Positions 28,297 to 38,212 of a stretch of 64,000 nucleotides of DNA are shown one piece after another. The notes beneath the pieces are model-generated. The model ran no database searches and was not told the origin of the DNA. It was given only the letters and a program-made list of their open reading frames with translations. The translations under genes and the position numbers were made by a program. Source of the DNA: a virus; the IMG/VR virus record IMGVR_UViG_3300044535_000472, positions 32,001 to 96,000 of that record; one strand, written 5' to 3'. How positions within the stretch are numbered: position 1 is the stretch's first letter; every line of letters begins with the position of its first letter.

Positions 28297-31200
28297 TTAC
28301 TGTATCAATGCTTGTGGGTCTCTAATTAAATCTGGGTTACTACGCTTCCTATCAATACCCAATTGAGTTATATAACCAAAATTATCTAATCCCTGTTGTC
28401 TTAATTGTTCAGCAAAATAATATCCTGGTATTGTACCTTTACTTGCATATTGTGTTTCAATTTGCTGTGGAGCTACTAATCCTTTAAGATCATCTGCTGT
28501 TAATATTTGACCATTAAGCACATAGTTATCATACTTATCTTGTGTGATATTAAATATACCAGATCCAGGAATATTAACCGTAGCTTTTCCCATAGCCCAA
28601 AGAGCTAAGTCTACCCAGTCTGATTTTACAGTGCGTTTATACAATGTATTAACAGCTTGAGATTTAGGTATTAATGCTGTAAATACTAAGTCTTTATTAT
28701 TATTTTGAAACCCTAATGATTTAGCTTTTTCACCATTAAGTGTAATCTGATATGCTGTCATGTTAGATGAACCAGCAACTGGATACACTCGTATTTGACC
28801 TGCAGCTAAATCAAGCTTGTTAAAGTTTCCTACATTAGCTTGACCTTTAATATCATTTTCTAAGTTGGATAATAAGCCTAATAATTTATCTGCATTTTTA
28901 GAATGATTATCTTCTAAATCAGCCCAGTCCCAATCATTAATATTTTCGTCGCTTACATCAAGTTTATCAAGAAGTTTTACATAAGGCATGTCAACCAAAA
29001 ATGATTTTTGATAATACTTACCATCTTCTTTTCTACTTGCTATACTACCTTTAAGGTTATTGATAAGACCAATTAAATCTTGGTTACCTGTACCAGATGC
29101 TAAGTCTACACCTTCATTAAAGTTAATAAAGTATGGTTGTGCAGTGATACCACCTTGACCCTTATAGCTATCAGCTAAGATATTTCTAGGACTATATGTT
29201 TGCAAATCTGTATTTTTATCTGCAGCTGCAATTCCATATTCTCTTTTAAATGTATCATAGCCTACTATAGGAATTTCTGGAAACTCTAAATATGCAGGAG
29301 CTTGACCTCTTTGTTGTTGAACCGCTGCATAATCTTGATATACCTGCCATTCAGTAGTTCTACCTTCTGAAGTCCAAGTTTCCATTATTGCTTCTTTTAA
29401 AAGCTCTTTACCATTAACACCCTTTTCATTTAATCTATTAACAATACTTGCAACCTCGGAAGGATTTCCTTCAAATGCTAAATTATCAAACCATGCATTT
29501 GGATCATAGTTTAATGCCTTATTTCCTTTTTCTGCAAGTCGTTGAGCAATTTTTGGATTTAATTTATTTTGCTCAAGAACAGCACTACGAACTTCTCCTC
29601 CAAAAGTAGGGGTATATGCACCACCAATACCGGATAATTGTGATGCCCAAGTACCAGCCATATCTGCTTTACCCTCTAAAGAATTTGTTGTTACAATTGC
29701 AGCATCCGCCATAACATCTGCAGCAGCCCATATCTTAGGATTGTTGTAAATTTGATCTTTAAACTCCTGCTGTGTTTTAACTGCTTTTAACGGTGCTCCA
29801 TTAGCTGGACTATTCTCAGCATTAACAGTACCCATTTGTTTAAAGATGTACTTATCCATAAAGTCTCTTAGCTCGGTACCACTACCATAAGCTAACATAC
29901 CAGGATTAGTTTCCATCTTAGCACCTACTTTTGCAATGTTATATTGGTCTACAATTATCATTGCCTTTTCAGTTTGAGACTGAATATTAGCTAATGAAAC
30001 TTTGTCCATTATAGTCGTCTTATCAACATCATCTTTAAACAAAGGATCTTTACTATATTCTGCTACTGCTCTATCAAAGCTATCTGATGTAGTAATTCCT
30101 AATTTCATATATGGGAAGATGTCGCTATTTTTAATTTGACCATCATCACCAATAAGCCCTAATCTATCTGGGCCAGGAAACATTTTCTTTATAGATGCTA
30201 ATGCACTTTTCTTTTCACTAGGTGTACCATATGCAACCTTGTCTTGATATTTTCTTAGTAATAAATCTACAGTTGTTCCTTTTACATCATCAAGAATTTG
30301 ATTCTTGGCATCTAAGCCAGCAGTTATAGCATTTTTAGTTTGAATGTTTTGAGCTGTTAAAGCAAGTCCAGTATCCCATAAATTTTCTAAAAATGATTTC
30401 TCTCCAGGTAGTTGAATATTTTTATATTCTTGAGTCATTTCAGGACTAACTTCACCAACAAGATTTTCACGAGAGTCATCTTCAGATACTAACGGATTAG
30501 GCATTAATGTAGCTAATACTGAAAATTTATTTAAATCAGTTCCTACAATAGTTTTTCTAGCTTCAGTACGAGTTTGATCCGCTAAATAAGTTGGAATACT
30601 ATCCGTACCTAATGCAAACTTTGAATAATCTTTAGCAGCATTTACTATAGCTTCTACAGATGCACTATCCGCATTAGCTTCCAAAAGGGCATCAAATTCT
30701 GCCTTTCTTGGATTGTTTTCAGTGAACATGTAACCAAATGGATTTTGGTATTTATTAAATACATATTCATTAAAGTCTTTTACATCAGCTTCAGTTTTTA
30801 TTACATCTGCTGGATTAGGAGCTTCAATAGGTGCATATTTTTCACTAAAAGCTGTATCTTGAAATGCTGTACGTGCGGTATCGCTAGGAGTCGCACTTGC
30901 AGTTTGTGCTGTAGCTGTACCTGCAGTATCACTTGGTGGAACATAATTACTAGCTAATAACGTATCTGCTACAGTAGATGTAGTATCTGGTGCAACAACT
31001 GCTGTTGCTGTAGAATCTACTTGTGGAATATTTGTTGTAGAAGCTTGACCTGTACTATCTACAGATGATGGTGTAACTGTAGCTGTAGCTGTACTATCTT
31101 GGGGTGTAGTTGTAGTTTGTTGCTGTGTAGTTTGCTGAGAAGATTCTCCTCCACCAGTACTTACACCAGCTTTTTCAGCAGCTTCTTTTTGAGCACCATC

Positions 31201-32781
31201 ACCATCTAAAAATGATAATTGGCTTTTATCAGTAACACCTAGGGTAGCAAGTTTATCTGTACCCATACTATTCCACACAACCTCACTACCATGTCCTCTT
31301 AATTGGTGAATATAAAACTCAAGTTCATTTTCCTTTTTTTCTTTTTCTGATTTACGAGCATTATCATTAGTTGTAGTTCCCGCATCAAGAATACTTTGCA
31401 AACCAAATGGATCTGCACCTGCATCCTCTAATAATAATTTCTTAAGACTATCATCTAAGAAACCTGCTGATTTTCCAGATCTGCCACCTAATCTACTATC
31501 CCAAAGTTTTTTCTCAAGGTCGTTAGCATAATCATAAGCCGCCTTCTTCCATTGGTTTTCTAGCTCCATTGACTTAAGAGAAACCTGATGTGAAAAGTTC
31601 AAGTTTTCTAAATATATAGGATCAGCTTTTACATCTTGCTTTTGTGTAAGTTGTGCATATGATGAAGCTGCAGTAGCTAAGTCATTACTTAATAAACCTC
31701 TAGCCAAAATAGCATCAGCTCTAGCAGCTAATGCACTTTGTGATAATCCCTCAGTTGCTGTAGGAGATGTAATATCTAAAGATTGTGTATAGTAGTCATC
31801 AGTTTGCTCAGCAACTTGACCATCATCATTTAGTCGACGATAGTACTCAATAAGATCTTTATCAAGTTCTGGGTCAACACCCTTTTCCTTAATATAGTTT
31901 TCTGCTACTTCTTTTTTAGCATTAATAGTTTCTTTATTACTCTGAGCTATCTTTTTATTTTCAAGATTGGCTTTATTTTCAGACTCGATAACTTGGCGTA
32001 TGTAATCTGCTTCTGCAGCTTGTGCACTACCAAATTCTGATGCTTTTGATTCACCGTATTGCTTACGTTGTAAATAAGCAGATACATTATACATATCGGC
32101 AACTTGCTGTTCATTACCGTATTTAGAAAGGAAGTAGTTGTACAATGGAACTTCCATTGGAGTACCATTAGTAGTAGTATAAATATAACGACCATCCGAA
32201 GACACCGTTTGCATTTCTAGTTTACTAGATGTAGCAAATTTTACAGCATCGTCAACTACGTTTACAAATGGAACATACTTAGGTGAGCTCATTGCTAAAG
32301 CTTCTTGCTCAGTAGAGTTAGCAAAATCTTGTGCTTTATATTGCAAATACTGAACACCACCATCCCAATACTTACCGCCGCATTCTTTTGGATTTAAACA
32401 ATTTCTAAAGAATTCTGCACGGTCATACTCATTATAAACATCCTTTGTAAAGTTAACATCTTTGGCAAATAACTTATTGGTTGTCAATGGTTTAAACACC
32501 TGAAAAGCAGCTCGTTGATTATCCTCTATAGATAAATCTACACCAGCTAATCTTTGTATTTCATTATTAGCCTTTGAGAAAAAATCATTTCTCATTGTAG
32601 ACGTATCCTGTCTTGTAAGAGGTGAGTTTAATAGTGTACCATAAATGCTGTTAACTCGATCATACCCAGCTTCATACTGCGCATTCTTGGTATCAAGAAC
32701 AGTTTTATAAAAATTAAAATCAGGCTGATACGGTTGTATCTGCGGTATGTATTTATTACTTCCTTGTAAGTACGTTGCCAT
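28297..32781 (-). CDS. large virion cargo/ejected protein (1494 aa) with a central Ser/Thr-rich linker
   Basis: Long ORF in the cargo block; N-terminus MATYLQG..YIPQIQPYQPDFNFY; S/T/A-rich segment at ~30850-31140. Confidence 0.65.
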   Translation of the reverse strand: MATYLQGSNKYIPQIQPYQPDFNFYKTVLDTKNAQYEAGYDRVNSIYGTLLNSPLTRQDTSTMRNDFFSKANNEIQRLAGVDLSIEDNQRAAFQVFKPLTTNKLFAKDVNFTKDVYNEYDRAEFFRNCLNPKECGGKYWDGGVQYLQYKAQDFANSTEQEALAMSSPKYVPFVNVVDDAVKFATSSKLEMQTVSSDGRYIYTTTNGTPMEVPLYNYFLSKYGNEQQVADMYNVSAYLQRKQYGESKASEFGSAQAAEADYIRQVIESENKANLENKKIAQSNKETINAKKEVAENYIKEKGVDPELDKDLIEYYRRLNDDGQVAEQTDDYYTQSLDITSPTATEGLSQSALAARADAILARGLLSNDLATAASSYAQLTQKQDVKADPIYLENLNFSHQVSLKSMELENQWKKAAYDYANDLEKKLWDSRLGGRSGKSAGFLDDSLKKLLLEDAGADPFGLQSILDAGTTTNDNARKSEKEKKENELEFYIHQLRGHGSEVVWNSMGTDKLATLGVTDKSQLSFLDGDGAQKEAAEKAGVSTGGGESSQQTTQQQTTTTPQDSTATATVTPSSVDSTGQASTTNIPQVDSTATAVVAPDTTSTVADTLLASNYVPPSDTAGTATAQTASATPSDTARTAFQDTAFSEKYAPIEAPNPADVIKTEADVKDFNEYVFNKYQNPFGYMFTENNPRKAEFDALLEANADSASVEAIVNAAKDYSKFALGTDSIPTYLADQTRTEARKTIVGTDLNKFSVLATLMPNPLVSEDDSRENLVGEVSPEMTQEYKNIQLPGEKSFLENLWDTGLALTAQNIQTKNAITAGLDAKNQILDDVKGTTVDLLLRKYQDKVAYGTPSEKKSALASIKKMFPGPDRLGLIGDDGQIKNSDIFPYMKLGITTSDSFDRAVAEYSKDPLFKDDVDKTTIMDKVSLANIQSQTEKAMIIVDQYNIAKVGAKMETNPGMLAYGSGTELRDFMDKYIFKQMGTVNAENSPANGAPLKAVKTQQEFKDQIYNNPKIWAAADVMADAAIVTTNSLEGKADMAGTWASQLSGIGGAYTPTFGGEVRSAVLEQNKLNPKIAQRLAEKGNKALNYDPNAWFDNLAFEGNPSEVASIVNRLNEKGVNGKELLKEAIMETWTSEGRTTEWQVYQDYAAVQQQRGQAPAYLEFPEIPIVGYDTFKREYGIAAADKNTDLQTYSPRNILADSYKGQGGITAQPYFINFNEGVDLASGTGNQDLIGLINNLKGSIASRKEDGKYYQKSFLVDMPYVKLLDKLDVSDENINDWDWADLEDNHSKNADKLLGLLSNLENDIKGQANVGNFNKLDLAAGQIRVYPVAGSSNMTAYQITLNGEKAKSLGFQNNNKDLVFTALIPKSQAVNTLYKRTVKSDWVDLALWAMGKATVNIPGSGIFNITQDKYDNYVLNGQILTADDLKGLVAPQQIETQYASKGTIPGYYFAEQLRQQGLDNFGYITQLGIDRKRSNPDLIRDPQALIQ

Positions 32782-32805
32782 AGTTTATACTGTAAATATA
32801 CGAAA

Positions 32806-32838
32806 AACTTTTAAAAGTTACTAAACTTAAAAAGTTTA
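32806..32838. repeat. two adjacent palindromes: AACTTTTAAAAGTT (32806-32819) and TAAACTT-AAA-AAGTTTA (32822-32838)
   Basis: Perfect dyad symmetry read directly in the intergenic gap upstream of the 1494-aa gene. Confidence 0.8.
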
Positions 32839-32844
32839 ACTTTC

Positions 32845-35439
32845 TTAAATTAATCCTCCAAACATATAAGGTAATGCACCTGTACCTGCTGCTTGTGCGT
32901 ATTGTGCAAATGCAGCTGCAGCATTTGGATCACCCATATTATACTGCTGTAACATTTTATTAAACATCTCAACCTCAGGATTTCCAGGATCTTGAATGTT
33001 CATACCCTTGCCGCCAAAAATAAGTTGTGCAGCTTTATCTGCAGAAACACCTTTTTTCATAAGATCATTTATCCTTTGTAATTGTGCTTCATACTCATCA
33101 AAAGATTTTTGACCTGTAAGATCTTTACCTTTATTAAAATATACTAAACCTGATGGCTCATCTATAAGAAACTTGTTACCAGACATTGCCTCAAGATTAG
33201 CTGATGTAGCTGCGTTAACGTCCATAGCATTTTTCAATGCGGTTGTTTGAGCAATAAACTCATTTTGAGTTTGCTTATCATTTTGAATCTTTTGCGTCAT
33301 TTCATCATAGTAACGCTTAGAATTTTCTAAGTTATATGCGTTAGTCTTAAACGCTAAATCTGCACGGGCTTTCTCAGCATTGTTATAAATCTCATTGTTA
33401 GCATTAAAGTATTTACCTAATGTATTAGCAATTTGATTTGATGCTTGAGCTTGTGTTGAAGCAGCAGCGGCGGCATATCCTTGTGGACTTCCGTAAACAC
33501 CAGCGGCACGTAGCGCACCTTGTGCTGTACCCTGTGTTTCAGCAACCTCACGACTTGGATCTAAGTATGCTTGGTTAAAGCTTACTGGAGCCATAGGGAA
33601 AGATGCAGGCATAACATTAGGTTGGTTTGCACCAATAGCTAAGTTAGCTACCATGTTATTTACATCTGGTCCCCAGTACTGTAGATCAGGTGTTGCTTGT
33701 GTATATGTAGGAGATTTCGGGGTTTCAACTGTGCTTTCAACATCTTTAACATCTTCAAAGCCTACTCCTTCTTCTTTAAGACCTTTTACAAATAAACCTT
33801 GTCCTGCAGTAGTATTACCAAAGATATCATCAACAGGAGATATTGCACGTCCTGCAGCATCTTGTTGGTCACTCATACCTCTTGGTACTAATGTAAAGTT
33901 CTCAAGTGTTTTTGCATATTCAGGATCATCAGCCGCAGCTTGAATACCCTTATAGGCAGCTTGGAACATTGCAATTTGATCATCATTAAAAATCTCATCA
34001 TCTTTAAAACCAATATCTTTAGCTGTTTTTCTATAAACATTGTTTTTATTTCCACCACCTTTATCCCAAGTTTTGTTTTTAGTAATAGGATCAATCTTAC
34101 CTTCTACTTCCGCTTTAGTAATTGCAAAGACTTGTTTTTGAGCTTTTAAAAAGTTATCCAAAACTTCTTCTGCACTTTTAGATTTTAAAGCAGCTTTTCT
34201 AGATGAGCTAAGACCTGAGGCATCAACTTGACGCTTGTACTCTTCATACATGCGATCAACAATACCTTTATTTGCTGGATCTTTTAATACACCTTCAACA
34301 TAAGAATAGTCATCAATGTATCCACCAAGACGTGGATCTGTAACATTTGATTTTGGCAATTGTTTAGATACAGTAGTTTTAGTTACTCTTTGGTAGCCAC
34401 CATCAGCTTTTACTACATATACCTCTTGCTTGTTTTTTGCTTTACCAAATTCTTCACGTACACGTTTTTGAAAATCTGTATCAGACTCATTTTCATTACG
34501 TGTAATAACCGTAGCATTCTCGCTAGGTTTAAATTTAGTTACAGTAGTAGTACGTCTTGAAGCTGGCTGTTGATTTCCAAATGGTGTATTAATTATGTTA
34601 CCATAACCATCTACAACATAGGTCATACCTGTAACTCTATCTGTGATAACACGTGGCTGATTTTGTGCAGTGCGCAATTGATTAATACGGCGTTGCATTC
34701 TACGCATTTTACCACTTTGAGCTTTTGGTAATCCACCATAACGAGCCTGTGGCATTTCACCTTCAGCCATTTCATTATCTTGCATAGCTTCCATTTGCTC
34801 ATTATCAGAACCAGCTTGCATAGGCATAAGAGCAGAAGGATCTGCACCTACACGCATTAAGTATGGTAATGATAAAGCTGGAATATCTTCAAAACCTTTG
34901 CTAGCTTCTTGAGCTAATGCAATTTGACCTAGTTTATCAATAGAGTTTTTAATATTTAATTCAGCAGTACTAACATCCATTTTAGTAGCATTAGGATCTG
35001 CCATTACTTGTCTAGCATCATTAATAACACTACCATATTTCTTAGCTGCGTCAGCATAAGAAATTTTAGAAGTTTTAGACTTACCCTTTTTAGCAGGGTA
35101 TCCAAAGTATTCTGCTAAGTCCTTTGGCATCTTTAGAAATTTACTAAAGATAAAAGAATCCTCGGTGGCACGCATAGGTACTCCACCATCAGCATGGGAA
35201 GGACCATTGATGTTAAAGTGTGCGGGTAAACCTCCTACATTAGGATCAAGAATGGTTTCGCCACCCTCTGCTTCAATATTAGGATTTTCATAATCTGGTT
35301 GTACAGATTTACGTGCTTCCGTTAAAGGCGCCCCTGCAGTATTGTGCACAGACCAAGGTGCAATTTGCATAGGAATATTGGGGTAGTGTGTACCACCCCT
35401 TTTCATTTGCGGAAGTTTCTTAATAGTAACTTTTCTCAT
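32845..35439 (-). CDS. virion cargo protein (864 aa), crAss-like cargo-protein-1-type candidate
   Basis: N-terminal MRKVTIKKLPQMKRGG; NIEAEGGE..GPSHADGGV..SFIFSK motif, recalled from the crAss-like cargo gene that follows the muzzle gene; Q/A/N-rich helical C-terminus. Confidence 0.55.
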   Translation of the reverse strand: MRKVTIKKLPQMKRGGTHYPNIPMQIAPWSVHNTAGAPLTEARKSVQPDYENPNIEAEGGETILDPNVGGLPAHFNINGPSHADGGVPMRATEDSFIFSKFLKMPKDLAEYFGYPAKKGKSKTSKISYADAAKKYGSVINDARQVMADPNATKMDVSTAELNIKNSIDKLGQIALAQEASKGFEDIPALSLPYLMRVGADPSALMPMQAGSDNEQMEAMQDNEMAEGEMPQARYGGLPKAQSGKMRRMQRRINQLRTAQNQPRVITDRVTGMTYVVDGYGNIINTPFGNQQPASRRTTTVTKFKPSENATVITRNENESDTDFQKRVREEFGKAKNKQEVYVVKADGGYQRVTKTTVSKQLPKSNVTDPRLGGYIDDYSYVEGVLKDPANKGIVDRMYEEYKRQVDASGLSSSRKAALKSKSAEEVLDNFLKAQKQVFAITKAEVEGKIDPITKNKTWDKGGGNKNNVYRKTAKDIGFKDDEIFNDDQIAMFQAAYKGIQAAADDPEYAKTLENFTLVPRGMSDQQDAAGRAISPVDDIFGNTTAGQGLFVKGLKEEGVGFEDVKDVESTVETPKSPTYTQATPDLQYWGPDVNNMVANLAIGANQPNVMPASFPMAPVSFNQAYLDPSREVAETQGTAQGALRAAGVYGSPQGYAAAAASTQAQASNQIANTLGKYFNANNEIYNNAEKARADLAFKTNAYNLENSKRYYDEMTQKIQNDKQTQNEFIAQTTALKNAMDVNAATSANLEAMSGNKFLIDEPSGLVYFNKGKDLTGQKSFDEYEAQLQRINDLMKKGVSADKAAQLIFGGKGMNIQDPGNPEVEMFNKMLQQYNMGDPNAAAAFAQYAQAAGTGALPYMFGGLI

Positions 35440-35450
35440 CCTATAGATAT

Positions 35451-38126
35451 TTATTCTAGTTCATAACCAGCATTAATCAATGCTTGAATTTCCTCATCGC
35501 TTAAGTAGTAAGTACCACCTTGTTGGTATTGACCACCCATTTCATAAGAACCACCAGATTGACTTCGTGGTCCTATATACTCATCTCTATCAAATCTATT
35601 AGCTACTCTATTATATCTATTTTCTAAACGTTCTTGTTGTCTTTCTTCTCTAGGAGATATACCTTGATTATCGTTATACCAAGTTTTTAAAGACATGTCT
35701 TTTTGTGCTAATCTATCAAGTTTATTACCAATTTCTGTTAAACGATTTGTAGCCTTATCATTTCTAATATCGGATCTATAATTTTTAGCATTATAACCAG
35801 CAGGATTAAACTGTCTTGTCATAATAGGCGCTTCTACATTATTTATCTTAGATGAATTAAAAGTTGGTCCTTGTATAGTATCCCAACGAGATGCTCTATT
35901 ACGTGCTTTATCAATAAAGCTTTGATCATTAGGAGTAACTAGACTACCATCGTTATTATATTGCACATTACCTTGTCCAGGTTGATTAGCTCGGATTCTC
36001 ATCTTATATCTATTAGGACCTTGTGTAATATCATAACGGTTAATGTTATTATCTTTAAACCAAGTATTATACTGAGCATTTGCACCAGGACCTGTAACAG
36101 GTGTACCAGGTACCGTAGTTCCAGCAGCACCGGCAGTTCCTTGTCCTTGACCCTGCATATTAATCATTTGCTGAGCCATAGCCTGATTAAATAATGCATT
36201 GATGTTACGTTTTGTTCTAAAACCAAACAAAGGTGTTTTAGTATAACCAGCTGCCATTGCTTGTAATAAACTTTGCATTGCTGGATTAAACTGATAACCA
36301 CCTGCACCGCCTCCACCTGTATTAGTATTGGTGTTAGTATTTGTACTATTTCCACCTGCAGCAGGAGTAGTAGGTTTTGCAGGAGATCCGTAATAGTCAG
36401 CAGTAATTTTATTTGTACTAACTGGATACTTTTTATTTAAAGCATCCATAGCTTTAGCACGCTTGTCTTCAATTGCTTGTAATGTTGCTGCATCTGCGTT
36501 GTTCAACATTGCATTATCATACTCAGCTTCTGAATCTGCAATAAGAGTTTCTAACTCAGTATCATACTTAGTATCTCTTCCTCCAGCTACAGTATTTGTA
36601 TTTAAATTTGTATAACCCAATTGATTTGGATTATATCCATAATCATATGCCGTTTGTCTTGCTTGATTTACAAAAGCATTTATTTTAGTTTGATCCCCGC
36701 TAGCAATAAGTTTTCCTAACTCGGTATTATACCAAGTTTCAAAATCAGCTTCTGTTGTTTTAGCTGGTCTACCAATCTGGGCTCTAGGAATACCGCCATA
36801 TTTTGCAGTAGTTGGTTGTTGTGATTTATTTATCATATCTTGTAGCTTTTGCATATTTTGATAAAATTCAGCATTAGTTTGTTTAGCTTTAGCAATAGGT
36901 TTTGAAAATGCATCTTGTGCAGAACTGTATAATCCTTGCATTAACTGAGAATTAGCTTGCTTAGCTTCATTAGGATCATACATTCCTGTGTAATAAGGGT
37001 TAAGAGGATTTTGACCATCAAACCCAAACTCTTGAAAATCACTACCACTCATACCCATACCCATTTGAGCCATAGGCATTTCTTGCATCATTTCTTCTGG
37101 CATTTCTTGTTGAGCTTGCTCTTGACCTGCACCTTGAAGTTGCTGAACCACAGCATCTACAATTTGCATAGCTTGCTCTTCAGGGATACCCATCTCAATT
37201 AACTTTTGATCAACCTCTTCAGGAGTAGCCCCTTGCTGTAAAGCTTGAGCTACCATTTGCATTAGTTGTTCTTGAGAGGTTTGCTCAGAAGTTTGTTGTG
37301 GAGCTTGCATTCCCATTTGAGCAAATCCCATTTCTTCAGATTCGCTAAGTTGACCTTTACGCTTATTACCTAAAGCTTTTTGAATTACAGCATTAGCTGA
37401 CATATCTCTTAGATAATTCAAAAAGTTATTAGGCTTCTCATAATACTCATAGTTCTCAGTATTATCAGTAAGCTTTTCTGGTGTAAAAAAACCACCACCC
37501 TTTTGAGCAGTTGGTATTCCATAGTGACTACTATCCATTTTTATTGCATTTTGTATAGGAGATCCTGCCCCCATTTCATATTTAGGAAGATCTCCCATTT
37601 GTCCAAGTTGGTCCGTTGAACCGCCACCTTGAAATGCCATATAAAGCTGGCCGCCTTTTTTTGCTGTTGCCATAGGATTTGTGTATGCGCTATTTTGGTA
37701 GCCAGGTTCATATACAGGAACTTTTTCATTAGGGAAATCTGTAAACTGCCCAGTTGAAGTAAGCCACGGATAAGATCCATATTTTTTCATTGATGAAGTT
37801 TGATAAAGATTAAAAGGGTCATTAAGATAATCCCTTTGAGTCTTCTTCATTCTATTTTGATCTTGGTAGTTAAGAGCCATTGTTGCTCCCGACACAAGAC
37901 CATGTACAGTATCTCTTAGATAAGGATGATTATCAATAAATCCGCTCATGCCACCCTTAGGTTTTTTAAGCTTTATATTGAGATTGTTATGGAGATTGTC
38001 TAAATTAATATCACCAGGTTGACTCAATTTAGCATAAGGATCATTAAGCTCAATAGTATTTGTGGAGTTATAGTCATCCCCAAGAACATCTTGCCACGGA
38101 CCGCCTGTGTAATACTTTTTTATCAT
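35451..38126 (-). CDS. low-complexity Q/M/G/N-rich virion cargo protein (891 aa) with many xQxGG motifs
   Basis: Motifs YYTGG, AKKGG, FQGGG, AQKGGG, AQMG, AKYGG, and the terminal SQSGG-YEMGG-YQQGG. Confidence 0.6.
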   Translation of the reverse strand: MIKKYYTGGPWQDVLGDDYNSTNTIELNDPYAKLSQPGDINLDNLHNNLNIKLKKPKGGMSGFIDNHPYLRDTVHGLVSGATMALNYQDQNRMKKTQRDYLNDPFNLYQTSSMKKYGSYPWLTSTGQFTDFPNEKVPVYEPGYQNSAYTNPMATAKKGGQLYMAFQGGGSTDQLGQMGDLPKYEMGAGSPIQNAIKMDSSHYGIPTAQKGGGFFTPEKLTDNTENYEYYEKPNNFLNYLRDMSANAVIQKALGNKRKGQLSESEEMGFAQMGMQAPQQTSEQTSQEQLMQMVAQALQQGATPEEVDQKLIEMGIPEEQAMQIVDAVVQQLQGAGQEQAQQEMPEEMMQEMPMAQMGMGMSGSDFQEFGFDGQNPLNPYYTGMYDPNEAKQANSQLMQGLYSSAQDAFSKPIAKAKQTNAEFYQNMQKLQDMINKSQQPTTAKYGGIPRAQIGRPAKTTEADFETWYNTELGKLIASGDQTKINAFVNQARQTAYDYGYNPNQLGYTNLNTNTVAGGRDTKYDTELETLIADSEAEYDNAMLNNADAATLQAIEDKRAKAMDALNKKYPVSTNKITADYYGSPAKPTTPAAGGNSTNTNTNTNTGGGGAGGYQFNPAMQSLLQAMAAGYTKTPLFGFRTKRNINALFNQAMAQQMINMQGQGQGTAGAAGTTVPGTPVTGPGANAQYNTWFKDNNINRYDITQGPNRYKMRIRANQPGQGNVQYNNDGSLVTPNDQSFIDKARNRASRWDTIQGPTFNSSKINNVEAPIMTRQFNPAGYNAKNYRSDIRNDKATNRLTEIGNKLDRLAQKDMSLKTWYNDNQGISPREERQQERLENRYNRVANRFDRDEYIGPRSQSGGSYEMGGQYQQGGTYYLSDEEIQALINAGYELE

Positions 38127-38194
38127 ACCGCTAATATAGTCATTATAATATATAAGATACTGATTTCTTTAATAAATTCCTAGCTATCAAAGAT

Positions 38195-38212
38195 TTAACT
38201 TTTTAAGTTTAG
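38195..38212. repeat. second copy of the TAAACTT-N3-AAGTTTA element; 38197-38212 is the exact reverse complement of 32821-32836
   Basis: AACTTTTTAAGTTTAG (38197-38212) versus CTAAACTTAAAAAGTT (32821-32836); it overlaps the stop codon of the 652-aa gene. Confidence 0.75.

Noticed and set aside
36310-36350. Imperfect hexanucleotide repeat encoding NTNTNTNT
   Set aside because: Short, degenerate and in-frame; explained by a low-complexity protein linker, not a phase-variation tract.
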